DNA from: a virus
DNA length: 64,000 bases
Direction: 5' to 3' (one strand)
IMG/VR virus record: IMGVR_UViG_3300033153_016035
Coordinates: 55,918-119,917 of that record
This document shows positions 19,020 through 27,944 of the stretch, piece after piece. A program made the translations under genes and the position numbers. The stretch's first letter is position 1, and each line of letters starts with the position of its first letter. Below the pieces are notes generated by a model. That model was given only the letters and a program-made list of their open reading frames with translations, was not told the DNA's origin and searched no databases.

Positions 19020-19385
19020 ATGGGAAATTTCTTTTACTGGTCCAATTCGGACCTGAAGAACTTAGAAGCGGCCGCACACCGCGATGGGTACCGGCTGCCC
19101 ACAAATTTTTACATGAGGCGGTCGGAAGTAACGGCGGACCTTTACCAACAGGAAGAGGTTCGTGATGAGGCGGTAAAGGCCGCCGCGACGGAGTGGCAGA
19201 AGCTCCGTAAGGGGATTGCCTGGGTCAAGCTCGATGGAGACGACCAGGAGGTCGGTCCCCGATCGGCTGACTTTTACAAGGAAGCCCTCCCCCAGCAGTT
19301 GTTTGACTTGCTGGGAAGTTTTGACCGGAAGGCCGCTTTGGTGGCGGCTATCGAGTTTATACGCACGTATAGACCCGCAGAATAA
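19020..19385 (+). CDS. Hypothetical protein
   Basis: AAGGAG RBS before ATG 19020. Confidence 0.75.
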   Translation: MGNFFYWSNSDLKNLEAAAHRDGYRLPTNFYMRRSEVTADLYQQEEVRDEAVKAAATEWQKLRKGIAWVKLDGDDQEVGPRSADFYKEALPQQLFDLLGSFDRKAALVAAIEFIRTYRPAE

Positions 19386-19460
19386 ACTGTGTCTACAGGG
19401 GGCTAAATGCCTTCTGTAGACTTTATGCTTTTTATTACATTAACTTTTTAAGGAAATATT

Positions 19461-19652
19461 ATGAAAAAGTACGACCTTGTATGCCCCCATTGCCACGAAC
19501 CGGAGGTGGTTCACCTCCCGGCACATGCGCCCAATGAGCCCCACTGTACGGAATGTGGGGAGGATGTGGATCTTGACGAGGTCCACACATTTATCAATGG
19601 GTGGACCGATTATCTGGCTGACAGAAAAGCGTTTTTGGAGGCAAAAAAATGA
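19461..19652 (+). CDS. Small Zn-ribbon protein
   Basis: CPHC...CTEC; AAGGA RBS. Confidence 0.7.
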   Translation: MKKYDLVCPHCHEPEVVHLPAHAPNEPHCTECGEDVDLDEVHTFINGWTDYLADRKAFLEAKK

Positions 19653-20089
19653 ATCTGATTGAATTCTTCCGAGGAGACTACACCCTAAAAGTGGAGGTTC
19701 TCCTGACGGACCCTGATAATAAAAGGGTCTGCCTGACTATCGTCCAAACTGCCCCTGACACAAGGAAGGCGTTGAGGACCAATCAGTTCTACCTCAAACT
19801 GTCGGAGGCGCGGATACTGTTTCAGGACTTTTTGTCCTGTGAATTTTGGGTCGCCAACCGGCGATATCCAAAAAGACAGTTCCGGCGGATCCGAAAGTCC
19901 AGCCGGTACCGGGATGTCATTATCCAGCCTAAGGATAATGACCTTTCCTTATCTATTATAGATGGGGAGAAGGAAAATGTCCTTCGGTTTCAGTTGACCT
20001 CGTTTGAAGCCGCCGAGATGGCGGACACGGTTTTAGACTATCTGGACAAAAAGCGCCTCGCCTGGGCGATAAAGCAGGCGATAAAATAG
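19649..20089 (+). CDS. Hypothetical protein
   Basis: ATGA overlap with the upstream gene; GGAGG RBS. Confidence 0.7.
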   Translation: MNLIEFFRGDYTLKVEVLLTDPDNKRVCLTIVQTAPDTRKALRTNQFYLKLSEARILFQDFLSCEFWVANRRYPKRQFRRIRKSSRYRDVIIQPKDNDLSLSIIDGEKENVLRFQLTSFEAAEMADTVLDYLDKKRLAWAIKQAIK

Positions 20090-20182
20090 GGACTACCGGG
20101 GGACACAGTTCCCCGGTAGCCGTCATGGCCCGTAACATTTCTTTTCGGCGGCCTTTCGGTCGCTATTTAAAAAGGAGAATTT

Positions 20183-20872
20183 ATGTATATTCATTTTTCC
20201 GAACCGGGCAAAATGCCCTGCCATGCCTGGTCGCTTCCGACGGCAATGTGCCAATCGGGACAAAAGTACCGGTTACAGGGCGACCTGACCGGTAAACCAT
20301 TTGCCTGTCGTGTGTGTTATGCACACCTTGGGCCTACGTCCTGGAATAAAAACCAGGGATATTTAACAAAAAACTGGGAGGCGTATGCCGCAAATCCAGA
20401 TGGCTGGGTGATAGAGATTGCCGACGCTATCTGGAATCGACTAAACGCCTTGTATTTCCGGTGGAACCACAGTGGCGATATCCAAAGTGCAATCCACTTA
20501 GGACACCTAGTCGGCGTGGCCGAGCTTTGCCCCAAAACTTTTTTCTGGCTACCAACGTCCGAATTTGCCTTCGTGTCTCGATATCTCCGGGACGGTGGCG
20601 ACATCCCCAAAAATTTATGTGTACGGGTATCGGCCCCACTCATAGACGGGAAACCCCGCATCTTGCGGAGGCCGCACCCCCAAGTGGCATACAGTAGAGT
20701 AGTCTACCATGAGGTAGATGAAACCTTGTGCCCTGCTCACAGACAGGAGGGGGTTTGCGGCAAATGCCGCAGATGTTGGGATATTAACGAGAGACTAGTA
20801 TCCTATCCACTTAAGGTGGGGTACACCTACTGGCCGTTACTAACAGCCAATAGGCTAGGTCTAATAAAATAA
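20183..20872 (+). CDS. Gp88-like Cys-rich phage protein (mycobacteriophage gene 88 family)
   Basis: KMP..WSLP..C, CxxCYA, YFRWNHSGD, FWLPT, NLCVRVS and CPA..Q.G.CGxCRxCW motifs. Confidence 0.75.
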   Translation: MYIHFSEPGKMPCHAWSLPTAMCQSGQKYRLQGDLTGKPFACRVCYAHLGPTSWNKNQGYLTKNWEAYAANPDGWVIEIADAIWNRLNALYFRWNHSGDIQSAIHLGHLVGVAELCPKTFFWLPTSEFAFVSRYLRDGGDIPKNLCVRVSAPLIDGKPRILRRPHPQVAYSRVVYHEVDETLCPAHRQEGVCGKCRRCWDINERLVSYPLKVGYTYWPLLTANRLGLIK

Positions 20873-20953
20873 AACCGGGCCGGGGAGGATAGAACCTCCT
20901 CGGTTCTTTATCTTTTACTTTTAATTTTACTTAACAAAGGAAAGGAGATTTGT

Positions 20954-21505
20954 ATGAAAGACAAATCTCATCTTACCACCACCTATGACGCCTACAACAC
21001 CGCCCGGATCCTCGATGACTACGTCAATGGATCCGGCGGCTTCACCGAAGTTTTTGCTGAGAGTTTCAGCTTGGAAGAAGCGCGGGTTGTGTGTAAATTT
21101 TTCTACCACTCCCTCATCTACTATGGAGGAAAAGAGGTAGGCATTGACGGGCGGAACGAATACTACGTAGGGGTCTGCAAAAAAATCAGACCAAAACATC
21201 ACGCCATGCAAGTGGCAGACTGCGCAACGTACAACGGGAACAAGGAAGAAATACCGTACCACCCTGAAGAGTACGCCGTGTCCAGATTTCTGGTACGGTG
21301 GTTGAAGACTGCTTCGATGTCTGAACAGAAGAAATTCTTTCACTTCTTCAGGGAGGACACGCACAACATGCTCCAGTCCTATTTTGTAGAACTGGCCATC
21401 AAAATGTGTCTTTACTGGCACGCTAGGCTCCCAGAACTAAAACCGCTAATAAAAAGTATTGTAGATGCAGGTCACTACATAAATACCCGCGATTTACACT
21501 ACTAA
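20954..21505 (+). CDS. Hypothetical protein
   Basis: AAGGAG RBS; bounded by hairpin elements. Confidence 0.75.
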   Translation: MKDKSHLTTTYDAYNTARILDDYVNGSGGFTEVFAESFSLEEARVVCKFFYHSLIYYGGKEVGIDGRNEYYVGVCKKIRPKHHAMQVADCATYNGNKEEIPYHPEEYAVSRFLVRWLKTASMSEQKKFFHFFREDTHNMLQSYFVELAIKMCLYWHARLPELKPLIKSIVDAGHYINTRDLHY

Positions 21506-21577
21506 AAAGAACCCGGCGCTGGCCATAAACCGGCGTCGGGTATCATAACCTATTTCGTTTCTTTTTAGGAGAAATCC

Positions 21578-21826
21578 ATGAGATGTACGAAAGAACAACT
21601 GGACCAATGGGTCCAGATACTAACCAAACTTGTCCCACCACCCAAATGGTGTCGGTGGGAATACCGAAATGAGTATGGTCATGGGATTTTCCCCGTAATC
21701 ATAAAAAATGGTGCCGTTTACGCCAACAAGGTGCTCGGCGGGATGGTCCACAATACCAAACCAGAGTTACTGTCGCACATCAAGTTTACGGTTAGTGTTA
21801 TTCAAGCCCTGAAGGGGGGAGAGTAA
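21578..21826 (+). CDS. Hypothetical protein
   Basis: AGGAG RBS. Confidence 0.7.
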   Translation: MRCTKEQLDQWVQILTKLVPPPKWCRWEYRNEYGHGIFPVIIKNGAVYANKVLGGMVHNTKPELLSHIKFTVSVIQALKGGE

Positions 21827-22101
21827 TGTATTTCAAATTTAAACTAAACGTAGTCCGGGAGGCCCTATCCTCTGAGACTATTACCATCAATCTCCGGGGG
21901 CCTAAAGAGGCACCGGTATTTTCAAATGGACTTCTGTCCGAAATTCTTGAGGCCAGTGAGGTTGAGACCTCGGTTTCTGTGTCCTCCAAGGACATCAGAG
22001 ATCTACTAAAAACGCATGGGCGGTACAAAAAGTATATGTACTGCTTGGTCCAGAAGGATTACCTTCTAGTGGGATTTTCCCCACTCAAAAAAAGAAAATA
22101 A
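21826..22101 (+). CDS. Hypothetical protein
   Basis: TAATG coupling with the upstream gene. Confidence 0.7.
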   Translation: MYFKFKLNVVREALSSETITINLRGPKEAPVFSNGLLSEILEASEVETSVSVSSKDIRDLLKTHGRYKKYMYCLVQKDYLLVGFSPLKKRK

Positions 22102-22173
22102 ACCTGAGCCTGGGTGGAGGTAGAACTTCCCCGGGCTATTATCTTTAATTTCATAACTTTTTAGGAGACTACT

Positions 22174-22683
22174 ATGGATTTTTTAAAGCTTATCAGAGAA
22201 GAAGAGTACCAGACAGTAGTGCGCCAACTGGCGCATGAAGACGGGATCGAAGTGGTCCTATCTATTCCCGGAGTATGGGAGCTGGTGGCGGAGTTTTATA
22301 ACAACGCCGCCATTGAGTTGTGGCAGAAGGAACTCCCCTTTACGTGGGAGGAGGATGGTCACGAGGTGGTATTGGAACTCCTGGAGACGGGCACGAAAGT
22401 CGTGCTACGCCAGTCCGACCGCCCGTGGTCCAGCCCGGGGTTTTCCCGCCTGGAGTACGAAGTCTACCAAACGGGGTTTACCCCCATTTTTGAGAATGAC
22501 GACTTCGCAGTTCCGACGGGGGCGGGTTTAACCCTCAGGTCGACTTTAAGCCTACTGCGCCACCTCACAGACCCACATAAGCTGGGTCGGGAATTTGACC
22601 TCAACCAGCTCGACTGGTTAGAGACTTATGGGGGGGAGATCGGAGGATTTGCTGCCGATTGGCGGCAAAGGCTCGACATATAA
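22174..22683 (+). CDS. Hypothetical protein
   Basis: AGGAG RBS; bounded by hairpin elements. Confidence 0.75.
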   Translation: MDFLKLIREEEYQTVVRQLAHEDGIEVVLSIPGVWELVAEFYNNAAIELWQKELPFTWEEDGHEVVLELLETGTKVVLRQSDRPWSSPGFSRLEYEVYQTGFTPIFENDDFAVPTGAGLTLRSTLSLLRHLTDPHKLGREFDLNQLDWLETYGGEIGGFAADWRQRLDI

Positions 22684-22744
22684 AACTAAACCCGGGCGGG
22701 ATGACTCCTGTCCGGGTTACTATTTCTATTTTAAGGAGAAAAAT

Positions 22745-22951
22745 ATGAGCTACAAACACCCCGAAGGGTGGATCAAGCGTGGGGAGAAACACCACTTTTT
22801 CGTGGACGGCGTCTCCCTGTGTCGCCATTTCTACCAATTCACGTACGATAACCCGTCCGAACACGACGGGCTGTACAACTTAATGGACTGCGCCGAGTGC
22901 CAGTCCAAACACAAGCATTTAATCTCTGAAAGGAGATTTAAAAATGGATAA
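22745..22951 (+). CDS. Small Cys/His protein
   Basis: AAGGAG RBS before ATG 22745; HFF...SLC...CAEC. Confidence 0.7.
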   Translation: MSYKHPEGWIKRGEKHHFFVDGVSLCRHFYQFTYDNPSEHDGLYNLMDCAECQSKHKHLISERRFKNG

Positions 22952-23120
22952 AAACTGTGAGGACTGTGGTACCCCCATTATACGAGGGGGGATGGTTGTC
23001 GTCGATGGCGCCGTGAAGGCTGGCGACGTTTTACTTTGCAGCGAATGCAAAAACAAACAAAAAATTCGTACGCATAACGCCCTCACCCATATGTACGGGC
23101 AGATGGCGATGGACGACTAA
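22944..23120 (+). CDS. Small Zn-finger protein (58 aa, not in the ORF track)
   Basis: AAGGAG RBS; MDKNCEDCG...LLCSECK. Confidence 0.7.
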   Translation: MDKNCEDCGTPIIRGGMVVVDGAVKAGDVLLCSECKNKQKIRTHNALTHMYGQMAMDD

Positions 23121-23195
23121 ACTGTGCCCGGGTAAGGATAAAACCTTGCCTGGGTTTTATTTTTTTATTCCCTAGTTTACTTTAAGGAGACTTCT

Positions 23196-23504
23196 ATGGA
23201 TAAAAACTACACCGACCCCAAAAAGTGTTGGCCCCCAAAAATGGACAAAGACCTCGATCTGATTTTTCGGATCGGGGACACGATGTCAGACTTTTTGGGG
23301 AGGCACGGGGTGGCTGGCCAACTTGATGGCCCATACCAAGCGTGGGCACACCCCAATTACCACAGGGAGACCCCCGAGACAATTAGGGGGGACAGCTCCA
23401 TCGGAGATGGGGGGTTAAATGACAAAGTCCTTAGGTCAGCCACTGCATTTGTGGCGTACAGCTTGTCTATGACGAGTGCCCCGACTGTCGAAGTATCTGT
23501 TTGA
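23196..23504 (+). CDS. Hypothetical protein
   Basis: AAGGAG RBS. Confidence 0.65.
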   Translation: MDKNYTDPKKCWPPKMDKDLDLIFRIGDTMSDFLGRHGVAGQLDGPYQAWAHPNYHRETPETIRGDSSIGDGGLNDKVLRSATAFVAYSLSMTSAPTVEVSV

Positions 23505-23710
23505 CATGTTACGCGTGTGGTGGGGTATGGAAGCCCAAGACCCCGCCGGAAAGTCGGGAATGTCCAGAAACCTGCATCCACTGCGGGACTTCCTGCTGCC
23601 CTAATTGCGGTGGGGAGATATATCGCGTTGAGGAGAGGGATGGAGTAGAGGAGCAGTACAGAAAAGCGTGTTCATACTGCTCCTGGCGACACTGCGGGGG
23701 GTGCATTTAA
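23501..23710 (+). CDS. Small Cys-rich protein
   Basis: Multiple CxxC motifs; TTGA overlap. Confidence 0.55.
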   Translation: MTCYACGGVWKPKTPPESRECPETCIHCGTSCCPNCGGEIYRVEERDGVEEQYRKACSYCSWRHCGGCI

Positions 23711-23786
23711 AATAAGGCCAGAGGGGGTTGAAAGCCCCTCAGGTCATCATCTACTTCATAACTTTTTCAAGAAGAAAGGGTATGCT

Positions 23787-24005
23787 ATGTATAGATCAAC
23801 AAGCCAAGTTATCTGCAAAAACCGAAAAACAGGCGAAGAAAAAACATATAGCGGATTAGAACCATGTGATGCTCTGATCGTCATTTACGCGCAGAGCATC
23901 GGAGACTTTAATTCGGCGCACTACGGTAAATACTGTGCATACATACGCCGGGACGGGGTTTACAAATATGAACTTGGGGACTGGTATGTTGCCACTCCAA
24001 CCTAA
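23787..24005 (+). CDS. Hypothetical protein
   Basis: 72 aa, bounded by hairpin elements. Confidence 0.7.
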   Translation: MYRSTSQVICKNRKTGEEKTYSGLEPCDALIVIYAQSIGDFNSAHYGKYCAYIRRDGVYKYELGDWYVATPT

Positions 24006-24082
24006 ATAAAAACCAGATCTGAGGGGGCTTACCCCTCCTCAGGTCATCATCTACTTTATTTCTTTATTAAGGAGAATTCTAT

Positions 24083-24775
24083 ATGAGAAAAATAAGCGAG
24101 ACACCGAGGGACTGTTATGAGTCCTTCTTTGCGACGTCGTCGCCCATTGTGACCATCCGTCAGGTTTTAGGGATACCTAACCCTGATGAGTTTGGTATTG
24201 TAGGTGATGACGGGGCTTACAAAATATGGTTTGAGGGAACCCCTATCCAAAATTATAGGGGGGAAATTGTATCGGGAAGCTGGCCGCAGTTCAACCCCGT
24301 GGAAAAAGCACGTCAGGAGAGCCTACCCCACCTTGGAAAAGTGTGGGTTATCTGGAGTCATGATCTCGAACTCCTCGGGGAGTGGAAACAGGCCCTAAAA
24401 AAGGGTGATCCAAATTACCGTGAAGCGGTAACGGAGGATATCGTCATCATGTGGCGGTGGTTTGAAATAGACAACCCGTTTCTTTTCATCCATGACCTGC
24501 ACCTGCCAAGGTCGATACCCCTACTAGACTGTGCCCGAAATGACGAGTTTCTCAGGTGGGCATACACCCTCAAATTTGAGGATATGACCCCCCACGAAGA
24601 AAAACACGCCATGAAGCACTGGATGCCCTCCGGTAAATGCAACCAGCACCTTGATGGCAAATTTCGCGTCAGAAAGAACCGACGCGGACTTTGGAAATGG
24701 TCGTGCGGTTTCTGCGGGGAACGGGGCACGGAGAAGTTTAAAGCACCGAGTGAGTGCCCCCTTTGTAAAAAGTAA
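24083..24775 (+). CDS. Hypothetical protein with a C-terminal Zn ribbon
   Basis: AAGGAG RBS; WSCGFCG...CPLC. Confidence 0.75.
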   Translation: MRKISETPRDCYESFFATSSPIVTIRQVLGIPNPDEFGIVGDDGAYKIWFEGTPIQNYRGEIVSGSWPQFNPVEKARQESLPHLGKVWVIWSHDLELLGEWKQALKKGDPNYREAVTEDIVIMWRWFEIDNPFLFIHDLHLPRSIPLLDCARNDEFLRWAYTLKFEDMTPHEEKHAMKHWMPSGKCNQHLDGKFRVRKNRRGLWKWSCGFCGERGTEKFKAPSECPLCKK

Positions 24776-24855
24776 ACCCAGGGCCAGGAAGGATTGGAAC
24801 ACTTTCTGGCCATTATCTATTTATTTACTTCATAACTTTTACAAAGGAATGGTAA

Positions 24856-24930
24856 ATGACATATAGACCAACAAGCAGAGTCGTCTGTAAAAACCGAACT
24901 TTTTTAAAGGGGTGGCCATGTGTAAAATGA
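24856..24930 (+). pseudogene. Truncated paralog of the 23787 gene
   Basis: MTYRPTSRVVCKNR versus MYRSTSQVICKNR; shared upstream ACTTCATAACTTTT; stops after 24 codons. Confidence 0.55.
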
Positions 24931-25071
24931 CTTTTGGGTACGTGGAATCATTCACCCATTTTAATGTCTGCGCAGATTGGACCCCCGACTGCGCGGAGAT
25001 CAAAGACAAAGAGAAGTGTCAAGGGTATGAGCCCGCCACTGGGCCATGCCCTTACTTATAAGGAGCGACCT

Positions 25072-25341
25072 ATGTTCAGAATTGTGGCAACACAATGCTT
25101 CTGCGACCTTTCCGTTTTCACCATAAACGGAGAGACCGCAGCCTATGAAGACTTCGGCGACAAGTATGACGCCGATGAAGAAAACGCACCCGACTATGGG
25201 TGTGGTAATATGAAATTTTTTCCCAAACCCGCAACCCAAGCGGTACTGGATAAGTACCGCACCACCACCGACGAGTACAACGAGATTTGCGCTGCGCTAG
25301 AAGCGGCGCTATCGTTTGGTGAATGCGAGTGGTGCTCCTGA
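25072..25341 (+). CDS. Hypothetical protein
   Basis: AAGGAG RBS before ATG 25072; YGCG and CxWC motifs. Confidence 0.75.
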   Translation: MFRIVATQCFCDLSVFTINGETAAYEDFGDKYDADEENAPDYGCGNMKFFPKPATQAVLDKYRTTTDEYNEICAALEAALSFGECEWCS

Positions 25342-25350
25342 CAAACCTAT

Positions 25351-25399
25351 GCCCCCCGACTGTGACCAACTAGGTCATAGTCGGGGGCTTTTTTTATTT
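25351..25399 (+). terminator. Terminator ending the plus-strand island at a convergent gene junction
   Basis: GCCCCCCGACTGTGACC-aacta-GGTCATAGTCGGGGGC followed by a T run. Confidence 0.8.
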
Positions 25400-25651
25400 G
25401 CCTTCGTTCAAACGATCCTGCCTGGCCCCGCGATAAAACACTGCAAACTCCTTTTTTCGTAGTGGGACTACCGTCAAGTCGGTGGCATTTACCGACGCCA
25501 ACCTCTCGGTCAGCTCTACCATCGCCTTATCCAATTCTTCATAATCATCTTTCCACTCCAGAAGGATGTGGGCCATCCCCCAGGCTGCTTTGCCGTCCTC
25601 GGTCCGCGTCGTAGTACCCGAAACTTTCATATGGTTTTCCTCTCTGCTCAA
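25394..25651 (-). CDS. Hypothetical protein
   Basis: ORF ending at the terminator; start probably ATG 25630. Confidence 0.55.
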   Translation of the reverse strand: MSREENHMKVSGTTTRTEDGKAAWGMAHILLEWKDDYEELDKAMVELTERLASVNATDLTVVPLRKKEFAVFYRGARQDRLNEGK

Positions 25652-26087
25652 AAAACACCGTTATCATTACCCAGAAAAAGGCAAGCACGATAAGGGCAAT
25701 GAAGACGACCAGGCCCCAAAATAAAACCTCATGGAACCACTTCCAATTTTCCTGTTGACGCATTTGCTTACGGGACATGATGGTCTTTAAAGCCCCCTCC
25801 GCCCGTATATAGATGCCTGATATTAAAGTTCGATGCGCCGCCATGCGTGCCTGTCGTTTTTTATATTCCGTAAATTTCTCACGGCGAATCTTAGCCTTCT
25901 CCGCCTCCGTTAACTCGGGCCCCGTTTCCAACTCGGGCACTTTCCATTGATTATCTGTCACAAACTGCCTCCGGCGCGTTGTTGGTTTTACCTCTCCTTG
26001 ACATAATTGATGAAGTTCCCCTAGAACTTCCGGTGCCTCCTCCCCTTTTTTCGGAGGCTCTAGCCTCCTTAATTTCTTTTTATCCAT
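25545..26087 (-). CDS. Hypothetical membrane protein
   Basis: One strong transmembrane segment (VLFWGLVVFIALIVLAFFWVMITVFF). Confidence 0.65.
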   Translation of the reverse strand: MDKKKLRRLEPPKKGEEAPEVLGELHQLCQGEVKPTTRRRQFVTDNQWKVPELETGPELTEAEKAKIRREKFTEYKKRQARMAAHRTLISGIYIRAEGALKTIMSRKQMRQQENWKWFHEVLFWGLVVFIALIVLAFFWVMITVFFEQRGKPYESFGYYDADRGRQSSLGDGPHPSGVER

Positions 26088-26096
26088 ATTTGTCCC

Positions 26097-26630
26097 CTAA
26101 AGTAATTCCACAAATCCCGGTTCACCGCAGGAGCATTCCCCAACCGGATTAGTCTTAAAATGAACAACGTCTTTTTTACCGCCAAGCTTCATACGCTCAA
26201 TTAAACAGCGTTCACAACAAATATGGGTTGGTAAGGTTACGGGGCCTGCACCGTGTTGTTCATAAAAGACAATCTGAGTTCCTACCTCTGTGATTTTATT
26301 TTCGCCCACTACTTTTTGGTCATAATCACATGTAATCCATTTGGGGTGGTCGTCTTTTATCCAGCCGGTACCTTTAACTGCATCCAGTACCGGCTTACAC
26401 CCCCCTATAAAATTGTCCAAATCGTAAAAACCTCTACGAGATTTTTGGTGGGCGGTAATACTCATACGACGATGGGTGTCCCTATGGTCGCCGTGGGGGG
26501 CAAAAAGGCGTAAAAGGTTTAACCAATGGTTCTTTAATCTAGCGTAGGAGCGCCAGTGTCTACCTTTCCACGTATTTAGAGACGGAATGCGCGCCGGTAT
26601 AAAGATATCCTTTTCAACTACCAAAGACAT
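26097..26630 (-). CDS. RusA-like Holliday junction resolvase/endonuclease
   Basis: PSLN and DLDN...KPVLDAV...GWIKDD motifs typical of the RusA family. Confidence 0.75.
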   Translation of the reverse strand: MSLVVEKDIFIPARIPSLNTWKGRHWRSYARLKNHWLNLLRLFAPHGDHRDTHRRMSITAHQKSRRGFYDLDNFIGGCKPVLDAVKGTGWIKDDHPKWITCDYDQKVVGENKITEVGTQIVFYEQHGAGPVTLPTHICCERCLIERMKLGGKKDVVHFKTNPVGECSCGEPGFVELL

Positions 26631-26639
26631 AAAAACTCC

Positions 26640-26668
26640 TTGACCTATTCTACCGCCTTATGTAGAAT
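26640..26668 (+). promoter_or_regulatory. sigma70-type promoter firing antisense into the leader of the RusA-like gene
   Basis: TTGACC-17 nt-TAGAAT. Confidence 0.55.
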
Positions 26669-26725
26669 GAAATGGTAAGATAATAGTTAATGGGGGTGAC
26701 GTGACCCATTGTGCCTTTTAATCCT

Positions 26726-26775
26726 ATCCCCCCTCCAAACCGGCAGGCAATGCTGGCTTGGAGGGGGGATTTTTT
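26726..26775 (+). terminator. Terminator-like hairpin
   Basis: ATCCCCCCTCCAA...TTGGAGGGGGGAT followed by TTTTT. Confidence 0.65.
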
Positions 26776-26788
26776 ATTAACTCCGTGT

Positions 26789-26816
26789 ATATTACCTTTT
26801 TATCTTTCTTTGTCAA
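26789..26816 (-). promoter_or_regulatory. sigma70-type promoter
   Basis: TTGACA-16 nt-TAATAT on the minus strand. Confidence 0.5.
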
Positions 26817-26872
26817 GGGCATTAGTAAAAAAATTCCGCCCAGCAGGGCGGAAAATATAACTAGAAACAAAG

Positions 26873-27943
26873 CTAGGATAGAATTGTAGACCACCAGTAA
26901 CTTCTGGTTTTGGATTCCTCTATTTTTGTCGCCTCAAGTTTACGCTGCCACTCAGTCTTTTTACGGCGGAGATACGTGTATACTTGTTTATGCGTTTGTT
27001 CCACTAAAGTTTTTTTCTCACTTTTAGTCTTATCCGGCGTGCCCCGCGCTTTTTCAAAAGCATTAGTTATACGCCTGACTATTGCCTCATACTGGGGAGT
27101 ATCTTTTTTCTTTCCCACCTGCCCTTTTTTTCGCACAACCCGGATCTTTCCACCTTTAGTACCCAGCTTCTTTGCTCCCTGCACCACTTGGGTGTCGGCA
27201 AATAAGCGGTGTTGGTTCTCGCGGAGCCATTCTTTTATTTTACCCCACTCAGTCTTATACTCTAACTTCATACGCTCTACTAAAAGAAGAAAGTCCCCCT
27301 CGGGGTTTGCCCCAGGAGACCACCGAGCCTCCAGGAGATCGGCGGCCGCCTTAAAGGCCACTTCTACACCCTCACGTTGAAGTTTAAGTGGGCGCTGGGT
27401 GGTTCTGTAGGTCCAACGCCAGGTCTCTAGGGAATGATAGATCTGGGACGTGGCAGCGATCACGTCGTCCAGGTGCTTTGTCTCTATCTTCTTGTATTCC
27501 TCCCAGTAGGTGGTGTACAGTTTGGCGTAGATCTTATCTAGCTCATCAGTTTCTGAGGTATTCTGAGTCATCTCCACTTTATCATAGAACTCCTGGGATA
27601 TGGCGTTCCATTTAGCGGTTAAGGCTGCCATCTTCTCGGCCTTCCTGGCATCGAGCTTTTCTCCCAATTTTTCTGCGTAAAGTTTTACCTCGCGAGCTTC
27701 CAACTCCTCAACATCCTTTTCCATTTGAGCTAAAAACTTCTCAGCCCCCTGTCGCTTCTTCTTTAGTTCACGTTCCACCGTAACCTGCGCCCTGGTGTCG
27801 GAAAACCGTTTCTGCATTTTTTGAAAGTAGGCTTTTTGGTTCTTGGTCATCCTCTCTATTGTTATTCGTTCGGTGAGAAGAAGTTCCACCATACTGCTGG
27901 CGGAGGGCTTACCCATTAACCGATTCCACTGATCCAACTTCAT
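26873..27943 (-). CDS. Coiled-coil hypothetical protein, possible internal virion protein
   Basis: 356 aa, K/E-rich; LLTE motif near the N-terminus. Confidence 0.75.
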   Translation of the reverse strand: MKLDQWNRLMGKPSASSMVELLLTERITIERMTKNQKAYFQKMQKRFSDTRAQVTVERELKKKRQGAEKFLAQMEKDVEELEAREVKLYAEKLGEKLDARKAEKMAALTAKWNAISQEFYDKVEMTQNTSETDELDKIYAKLYTTYWEEYKKIETKHLDDVIAATSQIYHSLETWRWTYRTTQRPLKLQREGVEVAFKAAADLLEARWSPGANPEGDFLLLVERMKLEYKTEWGKIKEWLRENQHRLFADTQVVQGAKKLGTKGGKIRVVRKKGQVGKKKDTPQYEAIVRRITNAFEKARGTPDKTKSEKKTLVEQTHKQVYTYLRRKKTEWQRKLEATKIEESKTRSYWWSTILS

Positions 27944-27944
27944 G

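Larger units (their letters stand above)
16223..24811 (+). repeat. Dispersed intergenic hairpin elements of about 30 nt (14 copies) separating short genes
   Basis: Hairpins start at 16223, 16592, 16977, 18951, 19391, 20093, 20877, 21511, 22107, 22689, 23126, 23716, 24016 and 24782. Stems are about 12 bp with A-rich loops, usually followed by AT(C/T)ATCT...TAACT...AGGAG-ATG. Confidence 0.85.

Noticed and set aside
16223-24811. CRISPR array or classical integron
   Set aside because: The repeats are not sequence-identical and the intervals are long, variable and protein-coding. There is no consistent RYYYAAC/GTTRRRY core and no cas or integrase gene in the window.
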